This document shows, piece after piece, positions 27,375-40,393 of a DNA stretch of 64,000 nucleotides (the first letter of the stretch is position 1; every line of letters starts with the position of its first letter). The position numbers were made by a program, and so were the translations under genes. Source of the stretch: Octopus sinensis (Eukaryota); NCBI RefSeq assembly GCF_006345805.1, contig NC_043005.1, positions 103,354,001 to 103,418,000 on the forward strand. The letters run 5' to 3'. The notes below the pieces were generated by a model. The model saw only the letters and a list, made by a program, of their open reading frames with translations, searched no databases and was not told the origin of the DNA.

Positions 27375-29510
27375 GGTTACTGTCTTTCGAAAGTTCTTTG
27401 TCTTTCACCTCACGGTCTTCTTCTATGAGGCTTTTGTACAGTTTTTTTGATGAGTACTTTTGAAATCTCCCTACTGCATCAGGGTAAAGAGATTTCAGGG
27501 TGTGTATGTGTTCTGTGTCACGTGTATTATTTTAATGTGTTGTGGTGGTGTTGTGTGTGGGTGGTTACTTGTTTTATGTCGTTTTCAGTAATGTTAGTGT
27601 TTGACCTAATGTGTTCCATTAGGTCGTGGTTGTTTGTGTTTATGGCTTGTCAACATTTTTGGGGGGTTTGATGATGGTGTGTTTGTGTTGATGTGTGTTT
27701 TTCTGTGGATGTTTTTGTTTCGGGAGTGGTGTATCTTCCCGCTTTGTTGTTATTTTTTCTTTTCTTTTTTTCCCCTTTTCTCTCCCCCCTGTGGCTATTG
27801 CCCAATCTTCTTCGTGTCTTCTTCGTCTAATGACAGATCAGACGAATCGGAGTCTGGAAGAGGGAAAGTATTGGGGTCTATTGTCGACTGTGTTGGTTTT
27901 GTTGTTGGTGTTGGTTGGTGAGCGTTTGGTTGTGGTGTTGTATGGTTTGGATGTGGGGTTTGGGTATTTTGTGTTTGAGTGATTGTGGGTATTGTTGTGT
28001 TGTTTAGGGTGTCAATTTGTGGGGATTTGGAGTTGTAATTGTTTCTTCATTTATGCTGGGTGTCTTTTTGGCAGATGTTCCTTGGTTTGGGAGTTGGTAT
28101 ATTCTTGGTTGTGTGTTGGTGATGCTGCTTCTGTTCTTGGTGCTGCAGTTGGTGTGGTTGTTTGTTTGTGAGGTTTGTTCCTGCAAAAAGTGGTGTGGGT
28201 AGTAAACCTTGTTTATTTGTTTTTGTTTCCGGCTGCTGTTGTTGTTGCTGTTGTTTCTTGCGGCAGATTTGCAGTCTTTTTTGAGATGTTGCTCACTGCC
28301 GCATATGTAACAACGTGGTCTTCTGCCATCGACGACCACATATAAACTTGTGGTCGTCTGATACACATATCTGGGTGGGTATTTTTTTATATCTTCATGA
28401 TTTATGTAGAAGAAGAAATCTATTTTCTTTCCCACCCAGTTTTTATGCTCTGTGACTGTGGTTTCCAAAATAGTATAATTCGCCATTTTACGCATAAAGC
28501 CTTTAAAAGCCATAGACTATTGGCTATTTTGGGGACATTGTTTAGAGTGATCTTAGTCACTTTCTGTCCCCGATAGCTTGGTGTAAGTTGGAGTCATCTG
28601 AGTGAAGAGTTAGCGTTGAGAAATGTCTAGCTAACTCTTCGGTGTAGAAAACGACTTGTATGTGGGCAAATTTGTTCCACCAGGTTACATATTCTTTGTG
28701 ATCCCAGATGGGTTTTCAAGCACTTCTCTATTTTGCCTGTGTTGGCCTTCTCTGGGATTTTGTTTTTTTTTGTTAATATTTTATAAATGATTGTTCGTCT
28801 TTTTCATTTTCCAAAATATCTTCTGGTATGTTAATTTTACGATACCTTCTGATTCTGTTATTTTGATGTTCGTGTCCTGTAATTGTTGAGCCGTAAGTAT
28901 ATTGTTGTTTTTTTCTTTAATCGCCTCAGCGAAATTTGTTGTTTGTTTGTTATTGTTGTTGCTTGTGGTGATGTTGTTGTTTGCTGCAGTTTGTAAAATT
29001 GGTTGTGTAGGTTCGATCGTGCAAGTAGGAAGGGGGTGGAAAATTGCCTGCGTACTTTAGTCCTGCACTAGGGCAAAATTCGACATTTCGTTTGCTTGTC
29101 GTCGTTATTTTTTCACTTGTGGTGATGGAGGAGGCAGTGGTTGAAGGGAATTGTTGTTGTCGTCGTCGTTGTTGTTGTTGTTATTGTTCGTTCTTGGTGA
29201 CGGCGGTGGTGTTGGTAGTATTAGTAGCATTGACAGCACGGTCTTTGGTGACCGGTGATGGTGATGTTATTGGTGGCGATTATCTTAGTAGGATAGCAGT
29301 TTTAGTAGCAGATTCTGCCATGGGTGTGGTGGTGGTGGTGGACTCACTGATGGTGTTGACGGTGCTTGGCCTTGCGACCTTTGTTTTGTATTTGTTGCTG
29401 TTGGTGGGGTGGAGTTGTCAGGTTCGGCGTATGCTAACAGGCCATCCTGTTTTTCTGTTCTGCGTCACGCTTTCACTTGCAAACTTAGCCTCGTGGTGGC
29501 CAGTGGCCAT
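27375..29510 (-). pseudogene. ORF1 (gag-like nucleic-acid-binding protein) of copy B, disrupted as assembled
   Basis: CX2CX4HX4C knuckle CYICGSEQHLKKDC in ORF 28004..28513; T/N/Q-rich low-complexity flanks; boundaries approximate. Confidence 0.75.
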
Positions 29511-29725
29511 TTTGGAAATAAAATGGCTAAATGAAACCACGAAGGCTATGAGAATTTTTCTTTTAAATTTTGCCCACAAGGGCAAAATTTTGTTTGATGT
29601 TTATCAAAGGTTTACAGTGGATGTTGTTGTACAACTTAAGCAAAAAATGTTTGTCAATATACACTTTTAAATAGTCAAAATAATGATTACCTTCGGAGCC
29701 GAAACGAAATCACATCCGTCAGTCA

Positions 29726-30870
<1,145 letters not shown>

Positions 30871-31168
30871 GATATAAAGAAACAGGCATGTATATAACCA
30901 TGTGTGCGTGCGTGTGTGCGTGTGTGTGTGCAGTCTTCTCTCTTGAGAAATTTGAAAAATACAAGAAGACCGTCAATTCCATGCCACTTGCATACGTTTA
31001 AGAGTAAAGGGAAACTACATGAAATACTTTACGTGGATTCTCGACTAACTAGAAAGAGCAGCTAATTCTCTTGTATATCATAACCTAACATTCTCCCGTA
31101 TAACGTAACCTAATCTTTGAAAATAGAACAGAAGGCGATGAGTGAGTGTTGTAGTCCTATATATCATA

Positions 31169-31562
31169 CTAGCAGTATCGCCCGGCGTTGCTCGGGTTTG
31201 TAAGGGAAATAACAATATAAGCATTTTTAGAGATGTAAAGTATAATAGCCATCTCAATATGGCTAACCACAAAGGGGGGGGTGTTACTGTAGCTTTTTAC
31301 GTTCTGAGATTTAATAATAAATCTTTAGAGAGTTACTTCCCTTATATATGCCAAAAATTCATTAAAAATCGGAAAAATTGATGGTAATTTTTTTTTTAAA
31401 TCGTAGACTCATCGTAGACGCGCGATAATACCCAGAAGGGCTCGATATGAATCACGACTATAAGATACCCGGTTTTGGTTAAACTGCACCGCAAAATGTG
31501 GGAGTAGTTAGGAATCTAAATCGTAGGAGACAGACAGCACACACCCTTACTTATATATATAT
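31169..31562 (-). mobile_element. Non-autonomous Helitron H1
   Basis: A|CTAG plus hairpin terminus; body colinear with 11766-12417 but with a single subrepeat; 5' end degenerate. Confidence 0.85.
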
Positions 31563-31800
31563 CATATAACTGTAAAATTGATGTAACCACGGCTGGAATG
31601 CATCCCATATGTCTCTTCAATGAGGATTTTTAGTCACATAAACAATAACACTGACATCAAGGGCTATATCATAGACCTTCAACAAGTACTTTATCCCTGA
31701 AATGAGACCGTAAACGACTACAGACATCATTAGGACTAGGAACTTTAATGATCCAAACGAATTGTAAAAGATTAATTAGGAAAAGATTTCAAATTAGAAA

Positions 31801-32188
31801 TCTCTCTCTATATAAAACTGAAGTTGTCTGTGTATGGCAGGTTTGGTAGCCTTCAACTAACATTATCTGCTCCGAGGCCTTGCGGCACAAGTTGACCAAA
31901 ATTGAGAGTATGAAAGAAGGCTTCCTCTTCATTCCGTAGCAGAACAAATTTCAAATCCGATCATGTTAACACGAAAATTATTTACATCAAAAAGTTGCTT
32001 TTCTCCTATGAAAATCCCTTTTTTTACGATTTTTTGACTGCTGTGTCGCCATTTTTTTGGTGTATTTCAACCAGAAGATGTTCACTTAAAGAGAATAACA
32101 AGCTACATAATGCAAAAGTTTTACTTTTCAAATATTCCAATTCTAAAGGGTCGAAACAAACCCGAGCAGCGCCGGGTGATACTGCTAG
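31801..32188 (+). mobile_element. Non-autonomous Helitron (family H2)
   Basis: A|TCTCTCTCTATATAAAAC ... CCCGAGCAGCGCCGGGTGATACTGCTAG|T. It has the same 3' terminus as H1 but a different body. Confidence 0.8.
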
Positions 32189-32699
32189 TTAATATTAAAT
32201 GTCATGCAACCATACCTAATATAATGAGTTAAATCATCGTTTACAACGATACCATTTTTGATTTCCTTATCAAATTAAATTAATTTCAATTTCGAGTTAG
32301 CCTCCCCGTATAGTGATGACTAGAATTAATCTTTAAGATAATATTCATTTGTTTTTGACTCGATTATCAGTTACAGTTAAATGGGATGTTGTGAGACGTA
32401 TGTCTTTTCACAAGATATTAGAGACATCATTCAAGTGAAATGGATTCTACTTAGAATTGAACCTATAATCCATTTTCCGTTTGTCAGGCGCTTCTTACTT
32501 GTTGTACAACAAATGTTATGCTAAAAATTATTCAATCATTCATAAACCACTTAAAGCAGGACATTGAATTTAATATTGTCAACGGCTTTATCAAAAACGA
32601 GCAAAACGCCCCCCCCCCGTCCAATGGATGGTGCTGAATAAAAACCAATCAGTGTTTTCTTTTCATTAAAAAATAATTAAGCATGCCTTTATTTCAATA

Positions 32700-33135
32700 A
32701 AATTTTTGGTTTTGTTAAACGAAGTTAAGGCTAAAAAAAAAAACTTCTTGAGAAACCAAATAGTCTTTCCTTCCTTCATGCCAGGTTTGAAGAATATATC
32801 TCTTTTGCATTTTACTTTTTTGGTCTCTTAAATATACTGCATTTTGTGGCATTATTTCAAGCCAGCCGGCTTTTTTTACGCAAACTGCACGTGCATTTTT
32901 CTCACACACGCGTAGTATCGATTGCAACAGCTGGTGTATTTGCGCGTACAAATGCACGTTCCCAAGGCTTTATCTATTGCATTCTCACCTGGAATCGATT
33001 TTTGAAATTTTTTGAAGACTTATGCACGCCCTGATACCGTCGGTTTCTATATATCAAATTTGAGCGTAATCGGATGGAGGATGCCCGAGATCCTAGAAGA
33101 CACACACACAGACAGAATGGATTTTATATAATTAT
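32700..33135 (-). mobile_element. Possible Helitron-like remnant
   Basis: CAAATTTGAGCGTAATCGG...ACACACACAGACAG..TTTTATATA resembles the (CA/CAGA)-containing end of the 4410-4784 element; termini unclear. Confidence 0.3.
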
Positions 33136-33249
33136 TTTATCCTTGAATGGAAGTGATGTGAATTGGTATCATCTCAGTCTTGAAAACAGATCGATTGACA
33201 CATTTTGCTTTCTCTTAAATAAATTTTTACTTTTATCGTTATTTCTTTT

Positions 33250-33618
33250 ATTTTACTTGTTTTAGTCATTTCACTGCGTCCATGCTGGAGCACCAGCTTG
33301 TATTATCAGTGAAATGAATCGACTCTAGTTCGTTTTTAAGCCTAGTAAATATTCTATCTCTTTCAGAACCGCTAAGTTGCGGGGACGCACGCGCACACAC
33401 ACATACACGCACACACATGCACACGCACATACACACACACGCACACACATTCCTGCGACATGCATCTTTCAGTTTCCGTCTGCGAAATCCAGTCACAAGT
33501 CTTTGTCAGTCCGAGACTAAAGTAGAAGTCACTCGCCCAAGGTACCATGCAGTGGGACTGAACCCGAAACTATGTGGTTGAGAAGCAAGCTTCTTACCAC
33601 ACAGCTACGCCTGCGCCT
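33250..33618 (-). mobile_element. tRNA-derived SINE family 1
   Basis: AGGCGCAGGCGTAGCTGTGTGGTAAGAAGCTTGC head on the minus strand; body homologous to the other copies. Confidence 0.82.
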
Positions 33619-34646
33619 ATAATAGTACATTATGCAAAACATTAAGTGCAAATTCGCCTAATGTACCCTTATAGGATGCAAATCTGATCTTTATATTTAC
33701 AATTGGAAGCTATATAGTTTACTGTTGGTTATTAACTAGATAACAAAAGTTACGTAATATAATTTTTTCACGTTTCCTTTTTTTTTGTGGTTACTACGAT
33801 AAATAATTTAAAAGTGAACCTAAAATAAATTTAGTTCTTCGTGCAATTCTCAATACTAGCAAACCAGATATGAAGTGAAATTTGGTAGACAGTAAACTGA
33901 CCTTGTATAATTGATCGGGGTCTCTCTGAACATACATTTTCCTGACACGTTATACACCGTTGTTGACGAAACATATACATATATTTGACTTTTTCTCCTC
34001 GAGCACAAAGAACGTTACTTTAATGAATTGACGTCGAAGTGTTACTGTTAACTAATGAAGCTTCCTTAATATATTCCTACTTACTAAAGAATGAAAGATA
34101 GAGGGATTAAAATTATAAGTAAATCTAATGAAATCTGAACTCACAGTCTTGCGAGTTCTGACTAAATAGTGGAATGAATTTACTTGAGAGCTCTTTACAT
34201 TGACTTTCAGGAAAGAAACATTCCAAGTTCATCAAGTCGGTTGCACAGCCATATTTCATTTCTAGAATCATCTTCCATTAAGCTTGTAAAACCTTTGTCT
34301 CTCTCATTCCATCCATCATTAATTGTAAGATAAACTATCGATGACCCAAGTAACATCATTATTTCTTAATTACCTATCACACAACTAAATGACAAATTAG
34401 AAATCTCAACAATTCTTGCTATTTCATACCAAAAGGTATTTACTTCAACTCGCACTATACCGTTGCTCACACGATTCGATGTTCAACAGCTGAGGTTCGA
34501 TTCTACCCATTAGCTTTGTGAAATATTCATAGATTTATGGACCATAAGGAATACACATACACAACTACACATTATCTCACAGACCCTCAATCACGCATAT
34601 TCACATGGTCACACGCACACACAAGCTTACACACATACACACACAA

Positions 34647-34687
<41 letters not shown>

Positions 34688-35372
34688 AACTTTACAGATA
34701 GACACACACGTTCATACACATTCACATATAGACGTCCATAGAGTGTAAATGATATTTGCCTGGAGACCCAAACAGATTAGATTTGCGGTACATAATTAGA
34801 AATTATAATTTATCGTATTATGAAGATGATGTATAAATGATCAAATGGCACGCTGTATTCCTGGCATTTATCGAATTGAATCAGAAAAGGTCAAAGGTAA
34901 AATTTTGGTATGATTTTAACATTGCATGTTAAGTGACGTAATGAGTAATTGAAGATAAGATCTAGAAATTGCGTTGGCCCGTTGTAGTGCAAGATATAAA
35001 TATCAATAAGGCAAGGCTGATATACTTTCATCTCTCTTTTGAAGCCACATTTAATATATGTCTGTGTGTGTGTGTGCGTGCGCGTGTGAGTATATATATA
35101 TACATATATATATATATACAAAATAATAAAATGGAGAAATACAACCAAATCAAATATCAATATTTGATTTGGATGTATTTCTCCATTTTCTTATTTTGTA
35201 TTATGAATTTGTGGTAAAACACTTTACCTTTGCCCATATGATAGAGTAAATGAATTAATTGCATCGCAATTCTTAACGTTTATGTATTAACTTTGTTGGG
35301 TACTTCACTAGCAGTATATTGGATATATGTTATCCCATGGAGGGTTGCATTTACAACCCCCATCTCAATTTG

Positions 35373-35389
<17 letters not shown>

Positions 35390-35460
<71 letters not shown>

Positions 35461-35532
35461 GTGTGTGTGTATATATATATATATAATATAATATATATAT
35501 ATATATGTGTGTGTGTGTATATTGTATATATA

Positions 35533-35623
<91 letters not shown>

Positions 35624-36638
35624 AATGTATGCATGTATGCGTATACGTTAGTATGTATTTATGCAAAGCATTTTGCAAAGACATGTTATCATTGGTGCTT
35701 AGTTCGAAGGAATGGAAAACGAGTTGTTAAATTCCGTTATAGAACCTAAATTGATAATGATGTTCAAGAAGAATCCAGTACCATAGGTATTCCTGTTGGA
35801 CATATGGAGTGTATGAACTCATAGTTATATGTATGGCCAAATGTTTGATCTGCAAGTGAAATATTTTTAGTATTTAGTCTCTTCAACAATGATATCCATT
35901 TTATTGTATTTCATCTGGTTAAGGGCTTCTAGTTAATCTTTTTTCTATTTATTAATTTCCCTCGGCTTTCATCTCTTGTGTCAGACGTTTGTAGTCAATT
36001 CTCGTGTGCAGTAAGAGAAGTTCTCCCTATTCCTAAGGCATCAAATTTGGTGTAAATATTTATCCATTATGTTTCCTATGCTCTCCCGTTCTATATTTAT
36101 ATTGGTTAATAATATTGCAGTTCTTCTAGTTAGATTACTGCACACAGGTTGACATTCATATTGAACGTACAAACCTTACATCAGTTCGCTATTCGGGATG
36201 GTGTTGTTCTTGGCGCATTCAAACCTGTAATTCACATTCAAAACAAATATTCGCTAACTTAGCATTTTTTGGATTACCATTATATTACACCAAATATCTC
36301 GCGTAGAATAGTTTTATTATAGGATTCTATTTTGCATCCTTAGCTATTAATATGAGCTAACACTTGCCTAATGACCAAAATGCCAGATATGGTTATTTCG
36401 CTTTCACAGAATTCGAATTAATTTAAAAGTAAATTTAGTAGAAATTATTATTTTTCTAATTTCAATATTATTTGGTACTATGTTATGATTTTGATTATTT
36501 TCGTTTTGTAATGATAACTACGCCATTTCTTCTCCGTAATATTTTCTGAATTCCCGGAGTTTTCGAGAGACAAAAGCACTTCTTTGTTTCATATGCATAC
36601 GTGTGGTGTGGTGTGTGGTGTGGTGTGTGTGTGTGTGT

Positions 36639-36693
<55 letters not shown>

Positions 36694-36713
36694 TGTGTGT
36701 GTGTGGTATATAT

Positions 36714-36805
<92 letters not shown>

Positions 36806-37800
36806 GTATATATGTATGCATGTATGCGTATACGTTAGTATGTTTTATGCAAGCATTTTGCAAAGACATGTTAATCATTGGTGCTTAGTTCGAAGGAATG
36901 GAAAACGAGTTGTTAAATTCCGTTATAGAACCTAAATTGATAATGATGTTCAAAGAAGAATCCAGTACCAAATAGGTATTCCTGTTGGACATATGGAGTG
37001 TATGAACTCATAGTTATATGTATGGCCAAATGTTTGATCTGCAAGTGAAATATTTTTAGTATTTAGTCTCTTCAACAATGATATCCATTTTATTGTATTT
37101 CATCTGGTTAAGGGCTTCTAGTTAATCTTTTTTCTATTTATTAATTTCCCTCGGCTTTCATCTCTTGTGTCAGACGTTTGTAGTCAATTCTCGTGTGCAG
37201 TAAGAGAAGTTCTCCCTATTCCTAAGGCATCAAATTTGGTGTAAATATTTATCCATTATGTTTCCTATGCTCTCCCGTTCTATATTTATATTGGTTAATA
37301 ATATTGCAGGTTCTTCTAGTTAGATTACTGCACACAGGTGACATTCATATTGAACGTACAAACCTTACATCAGTTCGCTATTCGGGATGGTGTTGTTCTT
37401 GCGCATTCAAACCTGTAAATTCACATTCAAAACAAATATTCGCTAACTTAGCATTTTTTGGATTACCATTATATTACACCAAATATCTCGCGTAGAATAG
37501 TTTTATTATAGGATTCTATTTTGCATCCTTAGCTATTAATATGAGCTACACTTGCCTAATGACCAAAATGCCAGATATGGTTATTTCGCTTTCACAGAAT
37601 TCGAATTAATTTAAAAGTAAATTTAGTAGAAATTATTAAGTTTTTCTAATTTCAATATTATTTGGTACTATGTTATGATTTTGATTATTTTCGTTTTGTA
37701 ATGATAACTACGCCATTTCTTCCGTAATATTTTCTGAATTCCCGGAGTTTTCGAGAGACAAAAGCACTTCTTTGTTTCATATGCATACGTGTGTGTGTGT
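35390..37800. repeat. Near-identical ~1.2-kb tandem duplication (unique parts 35620-36600 and 36805-37790)
   Basis: Colinear sequence differing almost only by 1-2-bp indels; each copy is preceded by a similar (TG)/(TA) microsatellite. Confidence 0.93.
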
Positions 37801-37850
37801 GTGTGTGTGTGTGTATGCGCATATACATGTATGAAAATATGTATTTAGAT

Positions 37851-38253
37851 TTCTTATTTCTTTATTGTTTACAAGGGGCTAAACATAGAGGGGACAAACT
37901 AAGACAGACAAAGGGATTAAATCGATTATACTGACCCCAGTGCGTAACTGGTACTTAATTTATCGATCCTGAAAGCATGAAAAGCAAAGTCGACCTCAGA
38001 ACGTAACGGCAGACGAAATACCTATTTCTTTACTACCCACAAGGGGCTAAACACAGAGCGGACAAACAAGGACAGACAAACGGATTAAGTCGATTACATT
38101 GACCCCAGTGCGTAACTGGTACTTAATTTATCGACCTCGAAAGGATGGAAGGCAAAGTCGACCTCGGCGGAATTTGAACTCAGAACGTAACGGCAATCGA
38201 CATACCGCTAAGCATTTCGCCCGGCGTGCTAACAGTTCTGCCAGATTGCCGCC
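37851..38253 (-). mobile_element. SINE family 2: a full unit (38023-38253) plus a head-truncated second unit (37851-38022)
   Basis: tRNA-like head, central block, and a 3' tail matching the Tx1 3' terminus in both units. Confidence 0.87.
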
Positions 38254-39000
38254 TTATGTATTTAGGTTTCTGCGAGTATGTATATGTATGTATATATGCG
38301 TATGAAAGATGTATTTATATACATACATATGTAACGTATACATACACGTGTGTGTGTTACTGTTTGATTTTTCTCTCTCTTAGGGAGTGTGTACCTGTGT
38401 GCACGTGTATGTAATACATATCACCATAAATTTAAACCTGTTCGAGTTTTTCAATAATCGGTAAAAAAGAAACAAATTTCTAAAATTGCATTCATAAAAG
38501 CTTGATGACATTTTCTGTACCTTCAAATTATAGTCAACTAAAAGTAGATATCTGAAGGTATTATAAAATATATATAACGTCTTTGGTGATTTAAAGCTAC
38601 AAAAATTTTGAAATACTATCGATACAATTTTCTCTATAGATAAACTGCGTTGTAACGTAATACTCCGCTTTACGTTTGTAACGCTAGCTACGAGATATCT
38701 TACTTTAGTCATAGCATAAATTGATAAATCTTATGTAATGCGAGAATACCTTTATGTATGTACAGATATATCTGCAAGTGCATATACATGTGCATGTGTG
38801 AGGAGTGTATGTGTGTGTATGTGTGTATGTACGTATGTATATGTGTACATATGTTTATAGAGAGGGATATACATGCATATATATGTGTGTGTGTGTGTGC
38901 GTGTGTGTATGTGTGTGTGTACACAGGGAGGGAGAGAGAAAAGGAGAGACCAGGAAAAAAGAAAGAAACAAAAAAAGGAAGAAAAATCAGGCAGAGAGAC

Positions 39001-39279
<279 letters not shown>

Positions 39280-39934
39280 TGTTTCTTTATTAGCCACACA
39301 GGGCTGCACACAGATAGAACAAATTACAAGGTAGAGCTTTTCTTTTGAAGGTTTAAAAAAAAAAAAAAAAAAAAAAGAAGGAAGGGGGAGTTCGATCAAA
39401 AGGGATCGTAAAAGGAGAGAAAGAGGACAAAAAGAAAGGGGGGTTAAAAAAAAAGGGGGAGAGGAAAAAAAAATTGATCAATAGGGATCGTTATCACAGA
39501 AATGTCAATATGAAGTGTAAAGGGGAGGACAGGTGAGGTTTACCCGTGGAAAGAAAAGCCTACGGAAAAGGCCACGGTAACCTCGGTCAATGAAGTCACA
39601 TTTTATATTTCTTTTTTTTTTTTTTTTTTTTTTGCAAATAAGCAACTATCTGTTTTCGATTTCTGGGTTCATAGGACTATGCTCAAGGTGGCTTCGTCAT
39701 TCATACGTGCCATTCTTGCTACATTCACCCATCTTTTTTTAAAACATTCGCTAGACAAAACTTGCCTCTCTACTCTCACTTTCCTTTTCAAGTGGTACTT
39801 GAAGAAGTTGATGAGAGATTGACCAGAGAGGAAAGTGTTTGTCTCCAATCCTTTCAGACGCGTCCACCAGATACATTCTTTCGCCATAGCCACAAGGATG
39901 ATGGAAATAGCTCTTCCTTCCAGTTTGAAGGAAG
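39280..39934 (-). mobile_element. Tx1 copy C: ~650-bp 3' fragment nearly identical to copy A, in (GATA)n
   Basis: Encodes AMAKECIWWTRLKGLETNTFLSGQSLINFFKYHLKRKVRVERQVLSSECFKKRWVNVARMARMNDEATLSIVL*, identical to copy A; GATA repeats on both sides. Confidence 0.93.
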
Positions 39935-39991
39935 ATGGATAATCAGATAGATAATTAGATAGATAGATAGATAGATAATTAGATAGATAAT

Positions 39992-40085
<94 letters not shown>
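39935..40085. repeat. (GATA)n array between copies C and D
   Basis: Direct reading; includes GATAATTA variants. Confidence 0.95.
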
Positions 40086-40086
<1 letters not shown>

Positions 40087-40393
40087 CTTTTTATTGTAGC
40101 CACACAGGGCTAAACACAGAATAAAAATGGACGAAATACAATGTAGAATTTTTTCTCTTCGAGGTGGGATGGGTGGGGCAAGAAGAAAAAAAAAAAAAAA
40201 AAAAAAAAACGTTTGATCAATAGGGATCTGTGGGTTGTGTGGTGTATAAAAAAGCAATATATATATATATATAAGGTTCACAGTTTAGGTGTAGTCTTGG
40301 AAAGAAAAACCTACAAAAAAGACCAAGGTCACCTCAGGCAATTCGAAAAAGAACACATGAGTAAGTCGCCTTACTTCTCGTTGTCTCTTTTGG

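Larger units (their letters stand above)
23607..29725 (-). mobile_element. Tx1-clade LINE copy B, full length (~6.1 kb), in (GATA)n
   Basis: 5' terminus shared with copy D, ORF1 with CCHC, ORF2 with APE-EN + RT + CCHC, 3' UTR with AATAAA, no poly(A), GATA arrays on both sides. Confidence 0.93.

Noticed and set aside
29044-29670. 208-aa hydrophobic + strand ORF (also 42644..43138, 27447..28202)
   Set aside because: These are antisense readings of the low-complexity T/N/Q-rich Tx1 ORF1 and 5' UTR.
29668-29725. Spliced-leader RNA gene (AAG|GTAAT followed by an Sm-like ATTTTG)
   Set aside because: The donor-to-Sm distance is only a few bases, and the sequence is the 5' terminus of a LINE in both occurrences.
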